From positions 1-32,000 of the forward strand of contig NW_008806290.1 in assembly GCF_000400465.1 (NCBI RefSeq): DNA of 32,000 nucleotides. The letters are read 5' to 3'. Within the stretch, counting starts at the first letter, position 1. Every line of letters starts with the position of its first letter. The position numbers and the translations under genes were made by a program. Under the pieces are notes generated by a model that was given only the letters and a program-made list of their open reading frames with translations, was not told the DNA's origin and made no database searches. Positions 1 through 10,741 of the stretch are shown in pieces. Origin of the DNA: Wallemia ichthyophaga EXF-994. Taxonomy: Eukaryota; Fungi; Basidiomycota.

Positions 1-690
1 TGCTTGTTCACCTAACCTGATTCTATACTACACGTGTAAACCAAATTGCTGTCATCCCATTGACTACCAACTACCCAACTTTGCCAGCAACTATGCACTC
101 TTTCAACAATTCATTTAAGAAAACTAAGGCTGTTTCTGTTGCAACTGACTGCACTGTCAGCCAGACTGAGAGTGTGAGTTTCTTTAATGCTCTATTCTCA
201 TGGTGGTCAGTTCTATATGATGATTGTTTACTAGTGTCAACACTGAAAATTATTACACTGAAAATTGGTGGTGAATAGCCAAGACGGGTCGCTGACTAGA
301 ACACTGCCATGAGAAAGCGTTTGTTCTTATGCACCAATGCTAACACGCTACACAGGCCAAGGACATGCTTTCTGTATATGATAATGCTTCTTTTGTTGAC
401 ATGCTAAAGACTTGGTTGAAGCATTTTGACTTAGAAATACACAAACGTGACTGCTAATTATAGGTTTGATGCATAAATGCTTTACAGAGTACGCTAAGGG
501 TCCATGCCCATGCGATTTGAGTTATTACGGTCTTAACTCTTTATCAGACTAAGGCGCTTCAGTAGAGCGCATTTGTACCATTGCACCTGCACTTTAGTCA
601 AAGATTGAACGAGCCGGTCGTATGCTCAATGACGTACTCGTCTCAGCAAGTAACTACTTAAATCTGGGTAATCTTAGAGACATTTTGTAG
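1..690. other. CpG-depleted degenerate segment, possibly a gene or repeat relic
   Basis: One CpG in positions 1-284 against about 10 expected from hand-counted C and G. TG and CA are abundant, and intron-like motifs occur at 174-210, 319-355 and 447-487. No intact long ORF. Confidence 0.3.
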
Positions 691-1511
691 CGAATAGCTA
701 TGTTAGGAGTTCGAAGAGTTGCTGATCGTGACTGAAGCTGTGTAACACTCTTCGCTAGTCAAGCTGGACGTTGTCTGTCGCAGGGTAAGATTTGAGATTT
801 AAAAGCACTCACTTATAATTCACTGCTGTTCGTGATTCAAACACTTACCGTAAAACTTCCGACTTAATAATATGATTTTTCGAAATGCACCCGGTGATAC
901 CAAAGTCCCGATTTAAGAGTAGCTTTGCATGAACCATTTAATGAACGCCTAACTGCGTCGGGTCTTCTTACTTTTTTCCTGGAGTCGTCATTTAGTCTTA
1001 AGGTCGCCACGCGACGAAAAACTCAAAACGCGTCTATTCAGTTCAATACTCAAGATATTTGGCTGTATGCAACTTTTTCGGTTTATAATAATCAAGTGTA
1101 TCGTTGAAGTGCGTCATCTCCTTCGTATCCCCTCTATCGCATGTTCCAGGGTGATATCAAATTTCGAATATTGACTGAATGGTGATGAACGAACAGAGTA
1201 AAAATGCTCATAAGTCCATGAATATAGTGCTATTTAAACATCGTGCCTTTTGTCAGTGCTAGATTTCGAAGTGTACTCAATTGATGATTTGGGGCATAAT
1301 TTGAGCATTTATACTTCAATACAGTTGTCTAACATATCAGCTGGGTTTTTTACATCGACTTAGCTACTCAGTGGTTGCCCCGACTTGATTTCTGAGGTTG
1401 AGGCATGACTCTGATCAACTGAGCGGGGGCGCAAGAAGACGCCATAGTTTTAAGTTGATCTTGAAATCATTGAACAGTGCTCAAACATTCTGTAAATGAA
1501 TTCTCAATTCA

Positions 1512-2030
1512 ATGTCTTACCAAGCTCGTGAGCGATTGATGGAAGAAAGAGCAGACCAAGCGAATAGGCATGGTGTGATAAAATATTTAAAGACTCGAGT
1601 AGGAAATAAGTGCATGATTGTGTTGCTTTTGGACTCTGATTGTGGTAATAATTACAAGTGCGCGTTGGCGTAGTGAGCAGAAGTAGGAGAATGGAGCTGT
1701 CGGAAAGACTGCATGACTTTCAAGTTTGGAGAGCTATTTTTATACGTTTAAACCCCTCAGTGCATCTCCTCCTACGTTCTCCTCTAGCTGATCCGTAATT
1801 TAAGAGCAGGGGGAGAGATGTGCCGCAGCGAAATATTGATGTCTTGGAACAATTCCTTTTTGCGCATTCGGTAGATGCAGATTGCCTCGACCAGCTTGAT
1901 TACAAAAAGATGAGATAAATTAGGTGAAAATTGGATACACTAACAGCTTTTACTTCGCGCTATAATTCGGTTATATTATCACGCTTTTAATCCGCTCATC
2001 TTCAGGTCTCAACTAGCTTCGAGAAGGTAA
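1512..2030 (+). CDS. Putative multi-exon orphan gene; 3' end unresolved
   Basis: ATG 1512 opens MSYQARERLMEERADQANRHGVIKYLKTRVGN. Intron-like segments 1610-1658, 1683-1724, 1746-1809 and 1871-1946 (CTAAC...CAG) give an in-frame chain that includes NIDVLEQFLFAHS and LLLRAIIRLYYHAFNPLIF. Splice choices are subjective. Confidence 0.28.
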
Positions 2031-2227
2031 ATTTATGTTACAATAGTGGCTACGAGTATGACTAAATACAACATCTTATGCAAATTGCGTGACTAGTTAG
2101 TATTATAAAGAAAATCAGGTAAGCTATTTCGAGCAACAATTTTGTTAAGTTGATTTGAAGTGTTGGTATTTCATTTCGTAAGCAGAGTCTCTTCAAGAAA
2201 GACGAGAGACGCGATATAAAAAACGAT

Positions 2228-4306
2228 TCAAGAAAAGACAGCAGCATAAGCGAAGCACTGGCCCTCCCTGTCGAGCATTGGAGTTAGGTGGAGAACGCCG
2301 TGTCTTACATCGGTAGCAGAAGTGCGCTGGAAAAGGCTAGCTTTACCTAAGTAACGTATACCCGCTCTAGTAGAAAGCGGCTCTCCACGCTTGAAAGCAT
2401 CCTTGACAAGCTCCTTCAATGCCTTAGTCTCAGCATTGCGCTTTGGACCACATGAAAGCACGCTGGTGAGAGATGCGTGGTGCAGAGTTGAATAATTTCT
2501 GTCGAAAGAAGTCTTCGTAGGCAAACCCAAGAAAAGGAGCAACTCGGGAGTAAGGAAAACGATCTCTCGTTTATTGCGTTTGATCACCATTAGCTGGAGA
2601 ATGAGCGTTAGCTGAGCTTATCACACCGCATCATCACTAACTTTGGTATAAGTGTGCTCAAAGAACGCAAGCTGCGATTCGAGGGGACGCGGTTCACTAC
2701 CGGCGAGATTCTCAGCACCGTACAGTCTCTGACCTGTCTTATTGTTAGGCAGGAGATTGTCGGTCGGTCTGCTCTTTGAGAAAAGCTTCTTCATCTTGCT
2801 CCCCATGCTCGCCTGACCGTTGCCCAGGTTGGATCTGCTGTTGGTGAGCATGTCTCCGCCCACGCCTTCGTTACTAAATTCTGGTGACTGACCAGCTGCC
2901 AATCGCATAGACGACGTCTTGGTCTTGATCGAATGGTAGTCATTTTCGATGGGCTCATCCTCGGGTTTACCGAATCTGTTCATCGTTGGTGAAAAAGTGA
3001 GACCCTTGTTCTCCATCAGACCAATGTCTTGAGAATCACTGTTCGTCGTTCCAAGCAGGAAAGAAAGATTTTTTGAGGACGAAAGTATCCCAGTGACGTT
3101 GACCTGACCTCCAATAAAGTAAGCGATTTGGCCCTGCGAGTCGTGCAGCGGTATCATGTTGAGTAAGCAGAAGAAGGGTGTACCGTCAGCGCGATAGTTG
3201 AGGAGAAGTTCAGTGATTGATACACCATTATTGAGAGCTTCTCTAATACGCTGAACTGACTGCGGTGATGTACCAGGACCTTGCAGGAAGCGACAGTTGC
3301 GGCCGATAATGGTAGAGTGATGGTAGCCGGTGACCTGAGATAGAATGTCAGAATACACTCAGAAACCCAGTGAATCTTTCGCATCTTGGAGAAACCATCA
3401 CTAGCCATAACGATTGGATGGGCGCGAAGTCTCGGATTTGTAATGACGAAAGCATCACTCAGACCATCCTTCTCGCGATCAGAGAGAATGGCCTTACCGA
3501 GTCTAACCTTGGCTCTCTCCACCAACTTGAAGCGAACGAATTGCTGGAACTCATTCTCATACAGAGAGCTGAGAAGGTGCTGCTGAATGGGACCCAAGCC
3601 AGAGTTGGTCTGGGAGAGCTTTTGTAAACCGTGGAAGGTATTTTCAGTGTGAACTGGGGGTACGGTGACCTTATTTGATGATGATGAGGATAGATAAAGC
3701 TCATAGAGAACTTCAGATCCAGCCTAGACATCTGTCAGTCTTCGGGCACCAACATAAATAACACAACCCACTTTTATTTGATTAACTAACTTGTCGTATA
3801 CGGCAGTGTCAGTCCAGCAATCAAGTTTGCTGACCGAGTCTGGCGAGAGTGTTTCCAAAAATTGTCTGAAGCGGTACCTTCCAAGTGAGTCGTGAAGGAG
3901 CTGCTCGAAGACTTGCTCTGACATGAGATGTCTGAGTGACCACTCCAAGTCAGCTTGAATGAGGGATATTGGGTGGGATGTAAGGTGGTTCTAGGGAGTA
4001 TTAGATTGGCGGCCTGTCAGAGACACTATGACGTACATCAGATCTGTTTAGGATATTCCAATCAGGAAGATTATGGAATTTGCGCTGAGATTGAGGTGGC
4101 CTAGCCATATCAGCAGGAGCCCATTCATTGAGATTCGATTTGTTGTTGATGTGGTGTATGTCTTGGTGAAAATTTGCATTTGAAGGCTGGCTGTTCAAGT
4201 TTGGGGGAGGAGATTCGGGTGGAGTGATGCGCTGAGTATAATTTTGGGTGCTTGTGAATAGATCAGAGCCTATTTGAGGAGTATTGAGCTTGTCCTCGGG
4301 AGACAT
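2228..4306 (-). CDS. RGS-LOV-DUF blue-light photoreceptor (BcLOV4-like architecture), about 628 aa, 5 exons
   Basis: Hand-spliced exons 4306-4037, 3990-3772, 3723-3385, 3334-2642 and 2593-2228 stay in frame, with all introns in phase 0 and 46-50 nt long. RGS-like segment: EQLLHDSLGRYRFRQFL...LYENEFQQFV. LOV domain: DAFVITNP...IVMASDGFSK/VTGY...IIGRNCRFLQG...LLNYRADG...YFIGGQ, retaining the adduct-forming Cys and the signalling Gln. A basic linker (KMKKLFSKSR) precedes a C-terminal PAS-like DUF ending HLTPMLDREGQCFAYAAVF. The intron 3 donor is non-canonical (see findings). Confidence 0.88.
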
Positions 4307-4823
4307 GGGTGGGGTATCTTGGCTGATTGGGGGAAGTGAAGCGTCAGTCTTTGAGACATTAAAGTTGTTTTCTTGCTTAATGTCAGCATATGAATAATTT
4401 CAAGGTGGCAAACCTAACAAACCTTCTTCATCGGAGCTGAAATAGTCGCTAAACAGGGTGAGATAGCGTAAGCTAATAAGCACAAGACTAACTCATTAGC
4501 AGAAGCGTGTGAGTATCCTCTCCTCAGGTCAGTTGAACCGCGTAAACCGCCAGAAGGTGATCTGCGACGTGTTAGTTACACGAGTAGCCTATATGAGAAT
4601 AAGCGCACCTCTTCTGCTGCAAAGAGTTCAGATTACCGCCGATAAAATTTAAATCCATGATGGTTACTGAACGAGACGAAGAATCTACCCTGTGAATGAT
4701 TCATAACTGTCATAGATCGGCCAACTCATCAAGTCATATGGATGAGAATAAATTATAATATAAAATTGAAAAAGGATAAACAATTCGTAAATATATTTAG
4801 TTCTTTCATTCATCACCACCACC

Positions 4824-7669
4824 ATGTTCTCGGTCGATGTGATCATCGCTAACATCATCAATCCAAATTCAAACGATTCAATTAAATTTTACCAGAATGA
4901 GCTGCTCAATTTACAGAAGTCTCCAGTTGGCTGGCAATTGATGGAAGATCTACTCACGAGTGATGATAAGATCTACAAATTCTATGGTGCTTTGACTGCA
5001 CAGATAAAAGCGTCTAATGACTTAAGTGGTGTAAATGATGCCGAAGTGTCGAATTTCAAGGCTAAATTGATATTTTATATCAACTCAAACAACGGTAATA
5101 GACTTGTTTCTAATAAATTACTCTCTACACTTATCGTTTTACTGGTGAAAACGAGCTTGAATGAATTATTCAGCACACTCAGCCTTTTGAATCTCCCAGA
5201 ATCCTTCAAATTAGCTGTAGCTTTCGAAGATTTGGTTAGATTCGAACTAAGTAGTCAGCAATCTCAGCAACTACATCAACAGCTACAATCCCATAAGAAT
5301 CACATTGAAAATACAATTATCAACAATCTTAGCGATTTAGACTCAACAACGACCTCAATTGAGTGCTATCTGAGGTTCAACAGCTCACATGACTTCTTAG
5401 ATCGACTATTGAACAATCTCCTAAACATGATCAACCCAGATAACTTCAATAAAGTATCACTCACCATTGAAATTCTCATCACTTTCAAAGATTATTCTAT
5501 ACCTGTTTCACATCTTCTAACTTGTCCATTATCATCTCAACTATGGCAGCAGTGTATAGAAAATGAATCATCAGATGAAATAAGCCAGTCTATCATCAAC
5601 CTCCTCTTGACTTTTGTCGAATCTTATCCAGAGTTCATAGTGAATAATCCCACATCACCCACCACACACAGTCTCCTTCAACTAGCCTTGTCTGCAACCT
5701 CCTTTCCAGGCTTAGCGGGTAGTGATGAGGAAATCTCAGAGAGCTCGCTTGATATTTGGTTCCAGCTTCAGGAATCTCTTTCAGATGACCCAACCAACGC
5801 TGATCATTTCAAGCAGTACTTCTCCCAACTGTCCTATATTCTTCTTACAAAAGTGGTCTTTCCACCTTCGCTCGCCCAAAATCAACTCGCCAGAGATCAA
5901 TTCATCAGCTATAGACAGATCGTAGGCGACACTTTCATATACTCCTACTACGTCATCAGAGATGCCTTGACCGAATTACTTTTCAACAGCCTAACAACCA
6001 CCCTGCAGTCCTCCGAAAAAGTTGAATCTGTTTTTTTTGCATTCAAATCCATCCAGGAAGCATTACCAGAGAACAGCGATGCAGTGGTGCGGTTTTTCGA
6101 TTCACACATCATTAATGTAATATCCACCCACAGCCAACGCGCTCAGCAGACCTTTCTGGCGACTATAGACGAATACTCACCGCAAATCTCTCACCATCCT
6201 TCTGTGCTCCCGCAACTGCTAAATTTCGTTGTCGCGAGGCTGTCACACGCGGAGCTAGCTACAACCGCAGCCAATGCCCTTAGAAGCCTATGCGGTGACT
6301 GTAAGCAGCACCTAATAAATGAAATAGGTGCTTTTGGAGAACTGCACAAAAATTTATCCACCAGCGTACCAGTTTCCGAGAGGTCGAAAGTCATTCAGGC
6401 TATTGTATCAATCGTCAATGCCTTACCTCCCGCTCAAGCTAAAGATCCACTCATTGCTATCGTTCAACCACTACTCGAAATCATCTTCACCAACTTGGAC
6501 ACAACCATCAAGTCCAAAGAGAGTGCTGAACGTGAGAGTGTTTTGGTAGCTTTTGACAACTTGCTCGCTGTATCTAAAGGTCTTGTCAACTACGATGATG
6601 ATGTCGACTACGCACAAGTTGAGCTGGTCAGAGGTAATGAGATTTTGATGCAGTTGCGCAAGGCTTTTGTGGAGATAGGATTGAAAGTTTCCGTTGAAGC
6701 TACTTCTGATTCAGACATATCGAGTGTGAGTGCAGCTCTATTTCATTACCCAACTAACACATGAGAAGATATTCGGAGATATAGCAAAAAGTCTGACATT
6801 GAGCCCAACCCAGCCAACCCTCCTCACACCGCAATTAGAAGACTTGCTCAATGTAGCAGGAATGGCATTATCCTCACCACATCTCTCTTCCATCTGGTTA
6901 AGCTTATCGACCTCACTTATCAATAGATCCAAGATTATAATTGACCAGGAGCCGCAGAAGAGAGATCTGTATGTCAGTATAATATTACAACTCACAACCA
7001 CCGCATGGAGTAGTATTTCCAAAACACTCACCAACGAACTCCAAATGCAAGAATACCCAGATATAACTTCTACGTTCTTCAGTATGTTAACAATGCTGAC
7101 TAAATCTCTCCCAATAGCTTTCTTGCAATTGGATGGAGTGGTTTTAGAGGGATTGCTAACTTTTTCCACTATCGCTCTCAAGATTCCCGAGAGACACGCT
7201 TTAAGAGCAGCGGCTGATTTCGTCTCCAGTACAATATTTCAGACAAGAAACCTGCCTGCGATTGAGCAAAGTATTGTCGATGGCTTGTTGAAGAAGTTTG
7301 GTGCTACAATGGTGCGAACTAGTTTGATAGGTGTAGCGCAAAACGCCCCACGCTCACAGGTGCCTATTCTTGGCGAGATAATTTTTCTGTTCGTCGTCAA
7401 GCTCTCCGCTCAGTCTGAGCGGTGGGTCGAGAGTGCTGTGCTGGAGCCGCTGGACGTGTACACGAGGGCGTCGATGCAGGATAAGGAGAAAGTAACTAAA
7501 ACAATCAATGCGTAGGTTTTTTGGAGATGGTTTTGCATTACATTCCCCGCTAACATTCCACCAAAGTGCACGCACTGCGAGACGCGTGAAAGAGGCATGC
7601 AGTGAGTTCGCTGGAGTTTGCCGCGGTACACAAGGTTCAGCATTCGGAATGGCAGTGTCCGTAGTATAG
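4824..7669 (+). CDS. Importin-beta family karyopherin, importin-13-like, about 915 aa, 3 exons
   Basis: ORFs 4824-6764 and 6730-7515 join through intron ~6726-6768 (GTGAGT...AAG). A second intron, 7512-7566 (GTAGGT...CTAAC...AAG), adds the exon ARTARRVKEACSEFAGVCRGTQGSAFG, which resembles the importin-13 C-terminus (RRVKE..EF..LCRG). Helical HEAT-like composition, N-terminal LQKSPVGWQL...FYGALT motif and EEISESSLDIWFQLQE motif. Confidence 0.78.
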
Positions 7670-7708
7670 AAGTATAGAAGCAATATATGTATTAAATTAT
7701 AGCACCCA

Positions 7709-10426
7709 CTAGAACACATTGAATTGCTTAGTCATAGGCAGAATATCTGATGGAGGGACAGTGCAGAGGATGCCATCCGCTCTCACCTCATACGACTCAG
7801 GATCTACCTGCATATGAGGAGTAGTGTTGTTATGTTTCATATCTTTTTTGCCCACATCCCTGCATTTCTTCACTGCCAGTCCCCTTTTGTCGAGTTTGTA
7901 ACTATCATACTTGCCATTCTTGAGTGAGATGTCGCTGACAAAGTTGAAAGAGTTTTTTGAAGCCGCTTTATGCAAGGCACCAAACATCTCGTAGCTAATT
8001 ATAGGCTCGACGGTGGGTATAGATGCATTGGCATCGCCGACGGCTGCCCAGGCTATATATCCACCCTTTATCACTATCTCAGGCTTGACGCCGAAGTTCT
8101 GCGGCTGGTACATTACCAAGTCGGCGAGCTTGCCTGGCTGGACATCACCGACAATGTGCGCAATACCATGCGTCATCGCTGGATTGATGTTCAATTTCGA
8201 TATGTAGCGCTTCACTCTCTCGTTGTCGTTCTGATTCTGCGCGTCAGCACCGTCCAGATGTCCCCTCAGCGTTTTCATCTTGTGTGCCGTGCGCCACGTG
8301 CGGGAGACTACCTCTCCAATTCGTCCCTGTTGGTGTTAGTAGGGAAACTTTTTCGCGGTCATACTCACCATCGCTTGGCTATCGGATGAGATCATGGAGA
8401 TTGCTCCAGTATCGTGTAATACATCCTCAGCTGCAACAGTTTCCCCTCTGATGCGAGAGTCTGCAAAGGCGACGTCTGAGTGATGTGTTTGAGCTCTTGC
8501 TTCGTTCACTATAAAACAAAACTCACCTTCAGGGACATTTTTATCAAGATGATGGCACACCATTACCATCTGTGGCATAATCAGCGAGAAGAGAATTTTG
8601 ACAACGTAACACCCACATCCAGATGCTCATCTAGAGTGTTTTTGCAGTATGGCCGCGTGGGGTTGGTAGAGCTAGGCAGGACGTTGTTTTGTTCGCAGAC
8701 GACTATGATGTCAGGAGCGTGCCCTCCTCCAGCGCCCTCGGTGTGATAAGTGTGGATAGTGCGCCCTTTGAAAGCCTCAATTGTACTTTCTACAAAGCCA
8801 CTCTCGTTGAGTGTGTCCGTGTGAATGTTCACCTGCACATCGTATTTGTCGGCAACATTTAAGCAGTTGTCGATAGACGCAGGAGTCGCTCCCCAGTCCT
8901 CGTGTATCTTGAGACCTGCTGCGCCAGCTTCGATGACATCTTCCAGTCCTTTGGATTCTGAGTCATTACCTTTTCCAGTAATTGCGAAATTGAGGGCAAA
9001 CCCGTCCGTAGCTGCAAGGATGTTTTCCATATGGTTAGCCCCCGGTGTACACGTAGTCGCTGTGGTCCCAGCTGCCGGTCCACCGGTGCCTCCGCCGACC
9101 AGCGTAGTTATACCTGTGCCTAGCGCCTGTCTACACAGCTCTGGTGATATAAAGTGAACGTGTACGTCCTGTGCACCAGCCACGACAATATTACCCTCAC
9201 CCGCTATAACTTCCGTGTTAACGCCAACTACCATGTCGTTTGAAACCCCGTTCATCACATCAGGGTTTCCAGCTTTTCCTATTGCTTTGATAAAACCGTT
9301 TTTGATACCTATGTCAGCCTGCCGTGGGTGTTAGCGAGTAAGACATATGTGTATTCGCTAATCGCACCTTGAATATACCAGTCCAGTCAACAATTAGCGC
9401 ATTAGTTACGACTGTATCGAGTGTTTCACAGTCGCTCCTCCCCGTAGCCTGCCCCATACCCTCCCTGAGAACCTTGCCGCCACCAAATTTGCACTCGTCG
9501 CCATAATGAGTCATATCTCGCTCGACCTCGATCCACAGATCTGTATCGGCTAATCGCACCCTGTCGCCTGTTGTAGGACCAAAGATAGACACGTAGATCT
9601 CTCTAGAGAAGGGTGTGCCTGAGCTTAGCGATTCTTTCGGTGCCATCTCTTCCAAATGCGCAAAACCAGCCTGTCGAACATTCTCCAGTACTCTATGGCG
9701 ATCTTCTTTGTTGTATGTGCCAGTTGCGATATTGCTGCCGCCGGAAATGTACTGCGTGCCACCAATATCAACGAGTGCGACAATTATGCTGGCACCTGGC
9801 TCAAATCTGACAGCTGTTCCTGCAAGAATATTCAGACGCTTGCCATATGCTTTACCCCTGTCGAATTGGAGTTGTTTGTTCACCTCCACGAAATGGAAAT
9901 GCGAGCCTACTTGCACAGGTCTGTCGCCCAAGTTAGTGACTTTTAGATTAATTGCCAATCTGTCTTTGTTGATGATGACGTTAGGCGTTCCGAATTTGGT
10001 AACGATTGCGCCTGGTTGCTTGTCGGGTGCGTATAATTCGGGGGGATGAGGTGGAAAGAGGTCGTTGGAAGGGAGAGGGCAGAATGAAGAGTAGAGAGCG
10101 AGTGCTAGATCGCCATCGAGAGTTGAGATTGGCCGGTGGATTGTCACTAAAAACGTGCCATCGGGGAAAGTACCCTCAACTTGTAGCTCTTTGATGCGGA
10201 AAGGAACATCGGGAGTGACGTGCCTCCTTCCAAGCATGTTCTTACCCAGAGACATTAGCCTGGCGACGCTCAACTCGCCGTCTCTAATGAGTTCGTGTAT
10301 CACCGTGGATATCAGAGCGATTGACTCTGTTTCATTGAGACATTGGCCGCGTGCAAGTCTACGCTGTGCAAGCACTCCAAGTGCATTCAGTTGGAGTTTG
10401 TGGTGCTCGTGTGGCAGCAGCCGCAT
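7709..10426 (-). CDS. URE1: Urease, eukaryotic fused gamma-beta-alpha chain, about 842 aa, 5 exons
   Basis: Introns 9319-9367, 8570-8616, 8476-8526 and 8327-8368 restore one frame. Motifs: [15 protein letters not shown] (gamma), [12 protein letters not shown] (beta), [15 protein letters not shown] (carbamylated Lys), [23 protein letters not shown], flap MVCHHL, and SSDSQAMGR. All Ni ligands are present. Confidence 0.97.
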
Positions 10427-10455
10427 TTTTCAGTGGTGGAAGTGAGAGACAGTGA

Positions 10456-10482
10456 GATAAGGAAGATAAGAATGCTGATAAG
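10456..10482 (+). promoter_or_regulatory. Three tandem GATAAG motifs upstream of urease; candidate GATA-factor (AreA/Gat1-type) sites
   Basis: GATAAG occurs at 10456-10461, 10465-10470 and 10477-10482, 30-56 bp upstream of the urease ATG. The segment could instead be a CT-rich 5' UTR or core promoter on the minus strand. Confidence 0.4.
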
Positions 10483-10741
10483 AAATTTGTGGAAAATAAA
10501 ATTCATCTTTGAATAAATATTCAAGTCGTGTTCGCTGTGCGCGCTGTATGAGGTGTTTTGCGCTATTTCCAGCATATCGCATGGAAGTCCCGGTTCAACA
10601 ACCTCGGAAGCTGATCACCAGAGATTTCGGAGATGTGAATCGAGTCGCCACTCATACCTTCAACAGCCAAAGAATTTGATTTGTGAAATATTTCACTCTT
10701 CTTATTCGGACATTTCAACTCCCGTCCTAACACCCGAATCG

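Noticed and set aside
241-266. CACTGAAAATT direct repeat (two copies), and other short repeats considered as CRISPR or transposon ends
   Set aside because: Only two copies with no spacer array. There are no terminal inverted repeats with target-site duplication and no transposase, RT or integrase motifs anywhere in the window.
211-690. A spliced pseudogene model whose six in-frame stops can all be reverted by C-to-T changes
   Set aside because: Every stop codon can be derived from CAA, CAG or CGA, so the argument is circular. Stop density is close to random and no protein family was recognised. Only the CpG depletion is kept as evidence.
10538-10544. TGCGCGC matching the metal-response element core TGCRCNC upstream of PCS
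   Set aside because: The MRE is the site of metazoan MTF-1, which is not a known fungal regulator. A single 7-mer match is expected by chance, and it does not fit the Ace1/Cuf1 consensus.
10553-10741. 63-codon N-terminal extension of the PCS ORF from a TTG start
   Set aside because: It has no ATG and no similarity to PCS, and it lies in the divergent promoter/UTR. It is likely an incidental open frame.
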